Shown: piece by piece, positions 45,580-59,160 of the stretch
Numbering within the stretch: position 1 is the stretch's first letter
How the letters are laid out: every line of letters starts with the position of its first letter
DNA from: Heteronotia binoei
Lineage: Eukaryota
Assembly: GCF_032191835.1 (NCBI RefSeq)
Contig: NC_083228.1
Coordinates: 40,238,001 to 40,302,000 of the forward strand
DNA: 64,000 nucleotides
Reading direction: 5' to 3'
Made by a program: the position numbers and the translations under genes
The notes under the pieces: generated by a model
Database searches by the model: none
Told to the model about the DNA's origin: nothing
Seen by the model: the letters and a program-made list of their open reading frames with translations, nothing else

Positions 45580-48500
45580 CAAACATTCTTTTAAGTAAGT
45601 ACAAATCTAAAAAAAAGTTTAAATTCATTGGAAAGTGCAAATTAGAACTTTTTAGTACAAAACTGTGCATAGCCCTAGATTGCTGAAAGAACCCATCAAT
45701 TCAGCTTACTCTAATTTGGATGACATGAATACTTATGTCAAAAACTTTAGGTTACCTTAGACTGCATTTTTATTATTTACTTTCAAATATTCCAAACTAT
45801 TCACCTCCCAAACGTAACACACACACATCACTACAAAACTGAAGATTCATGGTTCTCCTAATCGCTTTAAACAGATAAACTGACACATTCAATGTCTCAT
45901 GAAATATTACCCTAAGCACAAGTTTTAAAAAATTAAATCCCGCAGATAGTATTTTTTAAAACAAACTCAAACAAATCCCCTGAAGACAGTATTAAAAAAA
46001 CCCACCTTGAACAAATCTTCAATTACTTACACAGTATGCATGCGGTATACACAATATTTTATAATTTTGTTAGCTTTATTTTGGCTTTGATTAGAGATGT
46101 AAACAATCTCTTTTAATGATATGAAAGCCGCCTGCTGAGAACTGTATATTACTGCTAATTACTTAATTCTTTGAAATTCAGATATAATTTTAAATTAAAA
46201 TATTTAAAAAGCTGCATGGTTTCTCCTAATTAGTAACCGCTGCTCAGCCAATGTAAACTGTACTTCTCAACTTTAATGATTTTATGTGTGTGTACATTAA
46301 AATATATATGTCACAATTATGCCTAGCATCCATTATGCTGATAAAGAAAATCTCTGTTTCAATATAAAATATTTCAGATTTGTTGCCAAACCCATTAATA
46401 ACCAAATCTCCACTTCAAACACTGAACAAGCAAATACTCCAAAATTAAGTCAATGTGAGAAAAAAAACCCTGCAACTTAGCACCAAAGTGAAATATATTG
46501 AAGTCAAACCACCACTATAACAGTCTTTAAAATGCCTTATGGGCTTTGTGCATTTAGGCTTCTAAGTGCTGTGATTAAGTATCTGAAATGATTCCTTAAA
46601 AACTTTGCTTTGCACTGTAAATCAGCTGAAGACTAATCTGCCTTTCCATTCTGCATGATGAGGCATTTGTGCATTCCAAAAGCATATTCCTTTGCCAACA
46701 GGAGGTGATCTAATAGACACACAGCTGTTCTTTGTCTCTTATGCCCCAGAACAACAGGGGCTGTCCATGTCATGCATTACACCAGCCAGCTGGGCATGAG
46801 AACTGTGCTCAAGGATTGGACCAGGGAATCCATGAATGACGTTGTCTTCCTTTGGAAGTCCGTTGTTGGCTTGCTACTTTGGAGGGTGTCCTGATCTTTG
46901 AGGGACTTTGGGCGGCATGTCTGTGGCTGCCTTGTGCCGTGCTGATCACCATTCACTACACACTGGACAAAATTCTCAATGCAATCTTCAGTCACTGTGT
47001 CATTGTATGACAGCCCACGCTGCACAAAACAAGTTCAAATATATAGTTGGGAAGCATTCTGTTAATGCATGTGTCTTTACAGGACAGCATTTGTAAGATG
47101 CATTTTGCCAAACAGAGTTAGACAAAACATGTGCCATCAATTTGACTAACAACAATCTTCAGACACACTACTGAGGGCAATACTAAGACTGAGTTATAAT
47201 TAAAGGTGAGTCACATTCAAAGATGATATTCAAAGTTATTTCAAAGGTGATAAAAAGCAGCTTGCTTTGAGCATCAGATTCTGGAAAGGGTACTTTTTCC
47301 TGCTTCCAGCCTGAATTTGAGGGATTTCCCAAACACTAAAAAAAAAAAAAAAGCTTAGGGCTCTTTCTTCTCTTTTGCATGACGCTTTATTCACTTATCT
47401 GGCTCACAGAGGATGGGCTATCACAGGAGGAGGTAGATGTCAGCATATAAGCAATGCTAGAACGTTTTGCTTAGCACTCAGAGCTGGTTCTTTGCCCAGC
47501 AACCAAGAGGACTCACTGAGGCAATGGCTATACTACTGGGGCTGGAAACAAGAGAGAAGACAGCAGGCTTGGCTTACACCTGCCATTGCCTTTTAGACCC
47601 ATGCAGCTGCCAGGTGGCTCCCTTGAGGTGTGGCTGCATCTCTGGAACAAGATGCTTGCTCATACTGTATCTGCCCAAGTACAACACTCCTCTCTTCTCC
47701 CTCTGTTACTGGCACAACCAACACCTTGATTACATTTTTTTTTGGTACTTGGGCCAAGAGGGTTGTACATCCCAATAGTGATGTACAAAAATGCTGTGCT
47801 AAGAAAGAAAGCTTTTCTTTGCAACAATAGGGTTTTTGGTGACTCTTTCTTAACTAAAGGGAGCTCTCTTAAACTGAGCTATTAAAAGCTGTAAATAAAA
47901 ATACTATATTTTTTATTTTTTAAGGTGTTGCGAAATGTGGATGGAAGCCCACCATCTTTTAAAAGCTAACTAAAGTTGACAAGGCATGTTGTGTGTGAGT
48001 GCACAGGTATGTTCCTTTACTGTTCATATAAGGTACTGCTTGAAGGGCTCTCATGTTCCAAGGAAAGTACCTAGTTTTCAAAGTTTTTACAAAAATTAAT
48101 AAAACATAAGTTTAAAAAAGGACTCACAATAGAATGGGCATTGGGGAGAAGTTGCATCACCTCATAACTTATCGCAGAAACTAGCTAACATTCCTACATG
48201 TTCCATGGCAGAGCCACAATTACAAACAGAATTATTCAGTATGGGTGGGTGCGACAGGAAGGGAAAGGAAAATGGCATATTATGACAGTTCCAGTGCAGT
48301 GGGAAATGATGAGTTCTCCATAAAAGAAGAGCTGCCTTGAGGATAGACAACTGGACAGCCCTGTGCTAAAATTAACAGGTGTAAGGATCATTACAAACAA
48401 GCACTAGTGTACCGAGGTCAGGTGAAATTAGAAAGTGATTTTGACTGTTGTCTAAGTCCAGCACTGGTCAGGTACAGAAGTCACTCTCTAAATTCCAAAC

Positions 48501-51426
48501 ATTCTCCCCAACCAAAGATGATTCGCAATACTGACAAGTTGTTCCACTACAACAAACACACTCAAAGCATCACATTATTTACAGCTAAAATTTGTTCTAA
48601 AGGACATATTTTTAAAATGAAAGTTCATCAAACTTTTGTTACTGGTGTCAACAGAAACGAACTTCTGAAGGCTGCACAAAATACAGAAGTGAAGAAAAAG
48701 TTCATTAACACTTATTTTATTTTTTAAAATGCTGCAGTGAAAGCCATTAAAAAACTATTTAAATGTTTTATACATTATGCTTGAACAAAAATGCTTCCTT
48801 TTAAGACATCTGTTTCAAATTGGGATCCCTATGTGAAGATATTAGCTGTCACTATAATGGGGATATAATCTCTCACACATTTGTAAATGTATATAAATAT
48901 GTAAACTCAGGGGTTATGACAGCTGAACTACAGGGAATGGTTGTTTCGCTCAGGAAAAGCCAAATGTTATTTGGGTTCATTTTAATCCTTCACAACCTAA
49001 ACCCTCCCAATGGGCAGCCTGTTTTTCTCAGATCTGGACCCTGAGGTAAATTCTTAGAGATGCCTGCTCTTGTTACATTCATGAGTAACCCCAAATACAT
49101 ATATTTTAGGATTTCAAATGAATTTAAGACTACATGCGGGGTAGAGGGAAGATATATGCGAACTGGAAGTGTATGTACAAGACTACTGGCTTTTGTCAGA
49201 GTAAGATAAGATTTGGATGCTAATCTCATTAATGTTTTTAAAGTCAAACTTTTTTTTTAGAGGAGGTGCCTAAACAGTAGTGAGGATAGCAAGATTAAGT
49301 ACAGCAAGCATCCTTTTATACCTTTGGCAAATGTGAATTCAGACACAAAGAAATTCAGTTTCACTGTTAATGCCTACTTTCTCATCATTAAAGAGTAAAT
49401 AGGAACAGTGGCAAATGAACTGTCTTTTTGAGTTTACAGCTTGAAAAGGAGCCGTCTGGCAGACGCTCAAGTCTCCAAAGGGCAAGGGTTCTGGCCAGGC
49501 TGTTCTTGCGTAGCCCATTTACCCTGAACACAGAGTCCTTTTAGACAAAACGACAAACAACAGCAATGGTAAAAGTTGGGTGGATTAGAAGCTGTACATC
49601 ATTCAGATTGTTAGGTTGTTCAAAATTTACTATGGAAGGAGCACACAGAGGTTACACAAGCAAACCACAAGCATATTTCATTATCTTGGTCCAAGAACAT
49701 CGAAAAAACTGTCTGAAAAAATATGCTGCCGCAAGTTACATCTCTATTTAATTTTTGGTTCTCATTTTTTTAAATGGTTAAACTGAGAATTGTATCTGTA
49801 AAAATTACTGTAAGGTCCATTTAAATGCTGTAGTATGTTTAAAGACCAATTCTTCTTTTTAAATACTTATGGGAATTGGTTTCTTTACTACAGTTATGGA
49901 AGAACTGTTTATTTTTGTTCCAGAACTCCAAATGTACTTAATTATTAACTTGTATCACTAAAAGGAAACACAAACAGCCTATGGTGACAAAATATTTAGC
50001 AACACTTAGGAAATAGTAAATTCTACTTTTGGTTAAGTTTCTTACTACAGAGATTTCAGGTCCTTCCAAGTCTATTTTTGTACAGTGTGTACAACTCTTA
50101 GTCCAAATACGTAACAGTCCTGTTTTCTTGTACAAAAGTTAGTTCATTTCAATTTGATTCGTGTATTCTTCCTGCAAAAAAGACACTGTTCTCTGTGTAA
50201 CTGCTAATTTGTATATATCAATTTATGTGCAATAAAGGTATTAAGATTTTCATGTTCATTATTTTCAAAAGGGAAAAAAATACTTTTTGGGAGAGTCATT
50301 TTACAAGAAACTAGGAGCTATGGCAGTGTCTGAGCCATGACATGCGTGTCAAAATACGTCTGCTTGCACTAGGGTTTCCCCCCACCCTGAGTAAAAGTGT
50401 TCTCCTTCCTCCCAGAAAAAAAATCATTTTTAACATAAATTCAGAGCAACCAGGAACACAGAAGCAAAGCTTTCAAATTTGAAGGCTTAAGTACTGACTA
50501 CTTTGAGACATGGAGAAGGGAGAAAGAAGAAATAAAACACAAGTTGTTGAGGCAACAGAGCTATCCATGAAGACAACACAAGATGCTCTACTCAAAATGT
50601 CTGTCATCAGAATGCCACATAACATTCTTCAGATTTCTTCACACTTCTTTTACCACTCACTTTTCACTGGTATTAAGAGCATAATAATTATTTTTATGAT
50701 ATTTTATCTGTTAATTTCCATGCTAATTAACATTCATGGAAACTAGTTTCTTACTCAACATCTATGCTTTCTGCTGGCCCTCCAGGATTACTGGTTGGCC
50801 ATTGTATCAAACAGATTGCTGGACTAGAGGGAACACTGCTGATCCAGTTCAACAGAACTCTTATATTCTGTAGTAAAATTACTCATGCTAAGCTACAAAT
50901 CTCTTAAACTGCACAAAGCAGGAAAACCAGTGGTCCCAACCTCAAGATTTGAAAGCAGTATCAATCCTTGATGAGACAACAACAGATTGTCCCTTAAGAG
51001 TTGCAAATCTCAAATTTCTCTGACTATGTATCAATAGATCTAATTCTCAATGTGGCCAAATCTGTGAATTTTTAAATCTAGAGACTGAAGACAGGTCTTC
51101 CTACAAATCTAAGAAAAGCCTCACACTGGCAGAAAAGTCTAGGATCTTAAAAACACACATACATATATTGGGACATTAACCTGCCCTCCAAATAATAGAA
51201 GCAGTTTTAAAAACAAACACCTTCTATGACTGCTGCTAGGAAACCACAACAGTACTACCAGCCTTCATGCTAGGGCTATCAACAGTGACTTAGGAAATTC
51301 TTGGAAATTTGGGGGTGATGGTGGAGTTTGGGGTGGGGGTGGGGGGAGCTCAGCAGAGATGTTATCCCATGCAGACCATCCACCAAAGCTGCAATTTCTT
51401 CCTGGGAAATTAGTCTCTGCAGTCTA

Positions 51427-51695
51427 CAACAACAACAACAACTTTTATTTGTATCCCGCCCTCCCCGCCGGAGCAGGCTCAGGGCGGCTAACAACATGAT
51501 TCATACATTGATTATACAAAATTGAATAAAACTACATTTAACAGTTTAATTAAAATTCTGGTTAAATTTTAAAATTAATAAAAAGTGCTAATGCTATGTT
51601 TACTTTTATGATGGCGGTTTTCTTAACAATTTCCTTCTTCAGCGAAAGCCAATCGGAAGAGGATGGTCTTACAGGCCCTGCGGAACTGTTCAAGG
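51427..51695 (-). mobile_element. 5'-truncated young L2 copy with (TTG)n tail, nested in an older repeat
   Basis: 6-bp TSD agtcta at 51421-51426 and 51696-51701. Terminal ~55 bp identical to the copy at 60.5 kb. Removing the insert restores a continuous host repeat. Confidence 0.92.
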
Positions 51696-53374
51696 AGTCT
51701 AGAGATCAATTGTAATTATCAGAGAACTCCAGGCTGTACCTGGAGGTTGGCAATTGTACTTCAAGCCTTGGTTTCTATTAGGAAGAGAATCTTACCTTCC
51801 AATACTACAAAGGGCAGAGTTTTAATTACTAGTCAACAATCTTGAATAGGCTGGCACTGGCCTGAATCCTCTGGCCATCATGGCTAGCAAAAGGGGCTGG
51901 AGGAATAGTACAGAAGGTACAGCAGAACTACCCAATACCTGTTCAACTCTGAGAACAAGGTGAACTATTCAATACCAAGTCTTAAATCACAGTGTTCCAC
52001 CAATATATGCAGGTGAACTGCCACTTTTATAGCCGTCGGCAACTCACAGAAAGTAATTTTAACATCACTACCCTACTGTTCTACTACAATCATACTATGG
52101 TCAATAATTATTACCTGCATTTCAATTCAGTTATTTATATTCACTGTCTTCTCTATGTAGCACTCTTTCCTCTACCGAAACAGCATTCCAATTTATCCAT
52201 GTGGCTGCTGATTTTAATTTTATCCATACCTTTGAGATCAATGTGAACTTGGGAGGCTTTTTGGTATTTTGCCACTTAAACTAGATCACTGTTAACTTCA
52301 GTTACTTTGGCTCTTTTGACTTGTCACTGTACCCAAAGTAGAAATATGTTGCTCTAGTGATGGAGAAAGAATTTCACCATTCAAACCTGCTGTGATTTAA
52401 AGTACAGGGAGGAGGAGGGACTCTTACTACTTAGATTTGCTTTAACAGCTACTTTGAAATATCATCCATTCCCAGCAAGTAATCCTTTGCTAGCTTCTTG
52501 TGTTCCTTAAAACCATATTATTCTAACCCTTTATTGATTGACTACATCCATTATCACTTGGAAGCAGTGTTAATCCTTCAGTAATTAACACCTTCATTAA
52601 AGTAATTTGAACTGAAAAGAAGTTTAAGGTGTATTATTGGCTTAGTTAAATTAAGCTTACTGGGAATAAATTCTAGATCATTTGAACTTTCAACTTCTTT
52701 CACCTGAGTATTTCTAGTTCGGCAATGATATATTGGCGGCGGGGGGGGGGGGAGAGAATGGATCAAACTTCATAGAACAAGCTTCATTAACTGTAAACTT
52801 TAATCTCTTCAAATTGTTGATGATTTAGGCCGCTTTTCTGAGTTTTCTAAAACGGAAAGGGCAAATGAGATGAAAGACACCAAGAGATCAAAGGTTGACT
52901 AGTCTTTTTAAAGACACAAACCTGGTTCTCTGGACAAGGGAAACAGAGCTGATCTGCTCTGTTTGGACTACAGCGAGATAGCTGATAGACTATTACACAG
53001 GAAATAATTACTTAAATGGGAAAATAGGTATCATACAATAGGAAGGGAGAACAGACTAGAAGTCAGTAACAATGGAACAAATACCATAATTGGTGAAAAA
53101 TAGTAGGCGAAAAACCTTTTTGAAGAACGTAACAACAGTAAGTATATGAGTGCAATGCCTAGCAAACGTGAACTGAGCTAGGGAAATATAGCATTCACAA
53201 TTTAAAAGAACATGCCAAAATTCATCAGTTCGCTCCTTATTTGTTGTGGTTTCAGTTCAGTATTTCTCTCCTCCTTCCAAGCCACAAGCCAATTTGTTTG
53301 GGGTGCAGAAGAAAAAGGAGAAGGCTCATAACTCAGAAAGTAAAAGCCACAAGCATATACAAAGGAACTTACAC

Positions 53375-54490
53375 TACAGCTTCAGTGAATATCTATATGC
53401 ACCCCCTCAACCAACTGGTGCGGAGTTTGGGGCTGGGGTATCACCAGTATGCTGATGACACCTAGCTATATCTGTTAATGGACGGATGCCCAGACACTAT
53501 CCCACAAAACCTGGCCAAGGGCTTGGAGGCCATGGAGGGATCGCTGAAGAAGAGTTGGTTGAGATTGAATCCAACTAAGATGGAGGTTCTGTGGCTGCGG
53601 GGAGGGAGTCAGGGCTAGGGCACCAAATTCCCACCCTTAACAGTGCACCATTGCTATTGGTGCAGACTGTCAGGATTTGGGGCGTGGACTTGGATGCCCC
53701 CCCAATCTATTGGAGGTCCAGATAATGAATGTTGCTAAGTTGGTGTTTTTCCATCTGTACCAAGTTTGGCAGCTGGCCCCTTTCCTGTCTTGCCACAGTA
53801 ATCCATGAAATGGTCATCTCCAGATTGGATTATTGTAACTCACTTTATGCTGGCCTGCCCTTGAGACTGATCCCGAAGCTCCAGCTGATCCAGAATGCAG
53901 CAGCACAAGCCCTGACAGAAGAGCCACAGACAGCACATATTCAACCTGTGCTGTGTTAGCTGCACTGGCTTCCAGTGGGGTACCGGGTCAGGTTCAAGGT
54001 TTTGGTACTGACCTTCAAGGCCTTAAGTGGTCTGAGATTGCCTCCACCAGTATGTCCCCCAAAGAGTGTTACGCTCTGCTGAGAACAACCAGTTGGTGAT
54101 CCCCAGCCCAAAAAACATCTGGCCTTTTCTGCCCTGGCCCCAGCCTTGTGGGATTCTCTGTCAAATGACATCTGCATCCTGCAGGACCTTGTGCAGTTCT
54201 TCAGGGCATGCAAAGTGGAGATGCTCTGCCAGGCCTTTGTTTGAGGACAGTGACAGGTACCATCTTGGCTGGCACTTCCCCCCTCTCATTTATCCCCCCT
54301 ATGGAATGGAGACAGTTGAAATTGGATCTATTAACACCATCTGAATTATTGCTAATTATGGAATTGTTTTAATTTGTTTTTAAACCATCAGAGATGTTGG
54401 ATTATATGTTTTGTTGCTGTTGTCCATCGCTCAGAGCCCTGAGTACTCTAAGCAATTTTTAAATCCAAAGTATAAATAAATAAATAATAT
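53375..54490 (+). mobile_element. Old degraded L2 RT/3' fragment
   Basis: IYMHPLNQLVRSLGLGYHQYADDT*, SRLDYCNSL and LQLIQNAAA motifs with stops and frameshifts; (TAAA)n tail. Confidence 0.8.
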
Positions 54491-57329
54491 ATATATATAT
54501 TTCCACAGAAGTCAGAATGTCTGCATTCCTTTTCATGTCTATCTCATCAAGATTGTTCTGCCGAGCTATTTGTTTATGGAATAATTGTAATTGCTTTTAT
54601 TAATATATGATTTTAATGTGATTTTATTTATTTTGTGCTATGCCCTGAGCCCCACAGGGGAATGGGCGGAATATAAATACATTAATAATAATATTTCTAA
54701 TGTAACTGTGTTCTCTCGATGCTGCACATTCCACTCCATTTATATTCAGTACTTTATAGAAACAGCAGTTTTCCCTTCATAGATCTGAACCGATATTTCA
54801 TGAAATTTCATCCATGAAATTTTTTGATCACTTCTACAAACTGACACAGTCTGTACCCAAGCAGATCATTTCTCTCCCGAAACATAAAGGTGTCTGCTAA
54901 GCTTCTCTCACTTATTTAAGTAAAGCTCTGCCATGTCATTTCTGGACAACAAAGCACCCTACTTAGTGTCCAAAACCCAAAAAAAAGCATGGTGCAGGGG
55001 AAAAGTTTCGCTCTGCCAAGAAAATGGAATAGGGATTGAGTCAAAGAATTTTTAAATAATAGCTGTTCATCACAAGAAGAACAAAATATCTCTACTTGCA
55101 ACAGGAATCTCATATCATGTCCCATCTGGAGATGAACTGCTACAAACAAGTAGGCTTCGACATTCCAAGTTTAATTAAATAATGTACTATGAAACACATT
55201 TCATGGTTTATTTCCAGAGAAAAGCATTTTTCTCACTAGGTAGACTGTCAACGTGCAGGACACATGAAGGTTTTTTGGGTTTTTTAAAAAAGAAGTCTTG
55301 GCCTTTTGAAAGTAAGCCTGTGCTCAAGTTACTGAACTTTCCCTCTTGTTGTTCTGAATATGGGCTTGAAGCTCTAAGAAGTCATATGTTGTAACCATAG
55401 AACAGTACCTAAAGTCCATCCACTAAGTCATTAATAGACGAACAGAAATGATGGAATCTGGCAGAAGAACCTCTCTCATGTGTTTCTTAAAGTTTCTTAA
55501 AAGTTTTTTTCCAGGATCTTTGTTCGGATTTCTGGTGATTATAAAAGGAACACTTCCAACATGATGAAATTCCCTCACAGAAACAGCATATGGACTGACA
55601 AATTACTGTGCCGCAGAGATAGCATAAATCGAGACATTTCCTATGCAATAGGGCTTTCCACATAGGAAATGTTATCATGTCTTGAAAAAGCCCCAAGTAC
55701 TTCTTCCAAATACCAAAACTTTGTAGGCAGATATCATGCATGTTACGTTTATTATTTGTGGCAGAAATTGCCAGCATGCACTGCCCCTGCTCTTGCTAAT
55801 CTCATACACTGTCGTGAAATCACACAGAGGGAGTAAGCTGTTGTTGAGATAACTGGCTTCCATTAGTAAGCATGTGATTGGCAGGACGATAAAGTCTTTT
55901 CGCTCACAGGTCAGCTACTTTTTAAAAAGAGGGCAATCCTGCTGATCCATCTTTTAGCTACAGTCTCTCACTGAGTCCCAATTCTCTTGCCATTTAGCTT
56001 TGATATGGTTCAAGCTTTTCCCCTTGTATCAGTCTCTACCTGTCATCAGCTTCTCTGTACCGAACAGCAAATATCAGGAGTTTGACCTCAGGGCACAGTC
56101 CGGGTGGGCAGGTAAGACCTGACCACTGGACCTACTTCCTTATCTTTCATATCCTGCAATTCATGGAACAGTATCAAATTCAAACTAAAAAACAGAAGCA
56201 TGACCTCTTATGAGAACTTTCTGAAAAAGACACTGTTGCCTTTCTAAGTAGGCTTGAAAAGAACTGTCATCTGCCCTATTCAGAAAGAAATGGATCATAA
56301 ATAAAGAAGAAAGGAGTAAAGAGTGCTAAATCCTTACTAAAAGCTAAATGTCGCTTTTTATAAAGGATTCATATCACCATTATGAGCTGCTGGTAAGACA
56401 AGAAAAAGGGGGCAGATTTTTACATTCTGCCACTGAAAGCTCAATAAAATAAACCGTGTTGTACAGGATTAGCTATTATTATACTGAATGCACTACTTTT
56501 TAACTGCGCAGCTAGAACTTTCACCAGCAGACACATAAAATGTTGAAAATATTATGTCATATGTAGTACAAACACACAATTCTCTTCAGTATGTTAACTG
56601 AGAATTATCACTGCAATCTACTTCACAAAGCAGCTGAGTGAATGAGCTAAGCAAAGGTTTCAAAATCATTAAAAGAGTATCTATAGAAGTGGGATAATAA
56701 TAAATGCTGTAATAAGAAAGGATTCAAAAGGTGAATCCGAACTAAAGAACAATAATATTTTTCCTGAGTTCTTGCTCCCACCTACCTAAGGGGTCTAGTA
56801 TAAACAATCTCAAGTAACATTTGTGTCTAAAAAAATATTTAGGAAAAATTCTTCTAGAGTTATTCTAGAGAATAAAGGTTTGTTTTTAATGCTGGAGTAA
56901 CTTTAACTTTTAAGAGAGTTTTTAAAAATGATTCAAGCTTTTGAACTACTTTTTACCAGTTATCTTATCCATACATTCATTCACACCTATCACCTCACAT
57001 TTCTTGTGAACTATATTACCAAAATATTAAATCATCTTCAAGTTACAATTTATGCATATATAATAATAGCATAATTATTCCAGTTTTACAGCTGTATAAA
57101 TATATTATATGCATACATTCATCACTAAGCAGCTATGCAATACACAACCTTTTGCTCATAGAAACATTAGACATCGTGATGGAATATTTGCTTTCTATGA
57201 AGTTCTCCAGAAACTACCATGCCTAGGAAAGACCGAAACCTTAACAATATTTAATCAAAACATAATTTCATCTGCATTTGCAACAGAAAGCAAAAGATTC
57301 ATCTTGCTGGACCAGATCAAGGGTACATC

Positions 57330-57900
57330 TAGACCAGCTGTTGATGTTCAGCAGAGGCCAGTCAAATGCATTTGGAAGCACACAACAAATGATGACATGG
57401 AGCAAATAGGTACCTATGGTTTGTCCCTAACATATCAGAAGTATGCTGCCTCAAACCATGAAAGGTCTTTTCAATTATCAAGAAGAACCAATGGACCTAT
57501 CTTCCAGAAGCTTCTGCAATTCCCTACTACATCTTGTAGCAACAAACCCTTTTGAGTGGGAGACTCTACATCTTCCATATCCTCTTCCCCTTCCATATCA
57601 TAATTTTATAACTCTTTTTTTCTAAACTAAAATATATAGCCTCTCCAAATTTTCCCTTGTAGAGAAGATGCTTCATCTTCTTGAATTGTTCTGGGTACCA
57701 TTTTCTGTACCCTTTTCAATACAATGTTATCCTTATTGAAACGACGCAGGCAGAAACATATACAATATTCCAAAATGTAGTTGCATCACAGATATTTATA
57801 ATGACATTTTAATGCTTAGTATATTTTTTCTCTTGCATAATGATTTTGAACAAGTAATTAGACTTATTATTGCAGTACAAAGGTTTAAGGAGCTGTTCAG
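57330..57900 (-). mobile_element. Degraded CR1-like 3' fragment
   Basis: Antisense CR1-like RT C-terminal and 3' sequence (tgctgcctcaaaccatg..., ccattttctgtaccc, cagaaacatatacaatattcc). Identification is from recall only. Confidence 0.45.
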
Positions 57901-58043
57901 TGAAATCTTTTGTAGGACACCAAGGTCATAATCTATAGACATAGAACTGGTTTCATGTTGGGAAATTCCAGCTCCCTCATTCGTTGGGACTGGGCGAGAC
58001 TGCACTGCATCAGCAACTGGATAATGAAGCCTCCGTCATCAGA

Positions 58044-58300
58044 TTGGCTTTCCTATCGGCTCTACTCAGTGTCACCCGCCTACTGTAGACTGTGAGATGC
58101 TCCCCCAACTGCCAAAACGAACTTGCCTCAGACAGAGACACTTCTCTGCTGCTTCTCCAGTATCTTCTGCAACCTTTGGCTTTCCTGTTGGCTCTACTCA
58201 GTGTCACCTGCCCACTATAGACTGCCAAACGCTCCCCCCAGTCACCAAAATAAACTTGCCACAGATGGAGACAAATCTACACTGCTTCTCCACCATTTCC
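58044..58300. repeat. ~132-bp tandem duplication (2 units)
   Basis: ttggctttcct.t.ggctctactcagtgtcacc.gcc.act.tagactg occurs at 58044 and 58176. Confidence 0.85.
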
Positions 58301-58960
58301 TGCGACCATCTGCGGCAAAAATTTGAACCCTTCCACTTCACAGCAAAAAAGGTGCAAAGCCGCTCTGAAGCCCAAGTTTGAGGCCTTCAGCTCCTGCAGC
58401 CTAACTCTGATGTGGCTGCCAGCAACGGCCCTCTACCCCAAGCTTACCCAAGGCCTGGCCCTGCTGGGAGTGTTTCCTGCCCTCTGGGAAGTGCTACCCA
58501 GAGTCTGTTGCTAGGCAACCCAGGTTACTTTCCTCAGTAAAGGGAGAGGCCTCAGACAAATAGAATGGCATACAGTCCACCCTCCAAAAGCAGTGATTTT
58601 CTCCAGGATGGGGAGAGAGATGTGTTGTCTGTAGTTCAAGGCACCTCAGGGTGCCTTGATGCTACTAGCAATTTCCTCCCCATGAACCACTGTTGCCAAT
58701 CTCCAGGTGACGGCTGGAGCTTAACTATTCTCCAGATGACAGACCATCAGCTCCCCTGGAGGTGGGGACAGAGTGAATGCCTTCACTTGGGTGAGTGGTA
58801 AAACAGCAAGACTGGAGGCAGGGCCAGCGCTAGAGGTTCTGCAGCTAAAGACAGACTCCAGTGGGGCGCACCTCCCAGTTCCCTTGGGAAAAGGAGGTGT
58901 GTACACGCAAAGCACGATGACGTCAAAAGTGACATCAGGAAGCCTGATGGGACGAGCTGA

Positions 58961-59160
58961 GGCTTGTGTATCGCACTCCTAGTAGGATCGCGGTACACAA
59001 GCCCCCCACCCCTGCTGAGGCTTCTTGCTTTGCAGCAAGCCTGTTGGGGCGGGGAGAGCCGAGGCTTGGGTATCGCACTCCTGCTAGGAGCATGGTGCGC
59101 AAGCCCCCCCCCCCAGGCTTCTTGCTTTACAAGAAGCCTGATTGGGGCGGGGACAGCTGA
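58961..59160. repeat. ~102-bp tandem units, each built of two hairpins
   Basis: The pattern ggcttgtgta...tacacaagcc plus aggcttcttg...caagaagcct is repeated. Confidence 0.8.

Noticed and set aside
46777-47025. 82-aa minus-strand ORF, and Cys-rich 96-aa ORF at 55487-55777
   Set aside because: No recognisable family, no convincing splice sites, and lengths are compatible with chance.
52205-52290. Possible EXOC6 exon (…HIDLK followed by a GT donor)
   Set aside because: The upstream translation does not match the expected EPVPGFQGDTLQLAFIDLRQ exon; resemblance is coincidental.
53985-53996. Perfect DR0 GGGTCA-GGTTCA
   Set aside because: Lies inside an old L2 fragment far from the CYP26 promoters, and isolated DR0s are often non-activating; not counted as a strong RARE.
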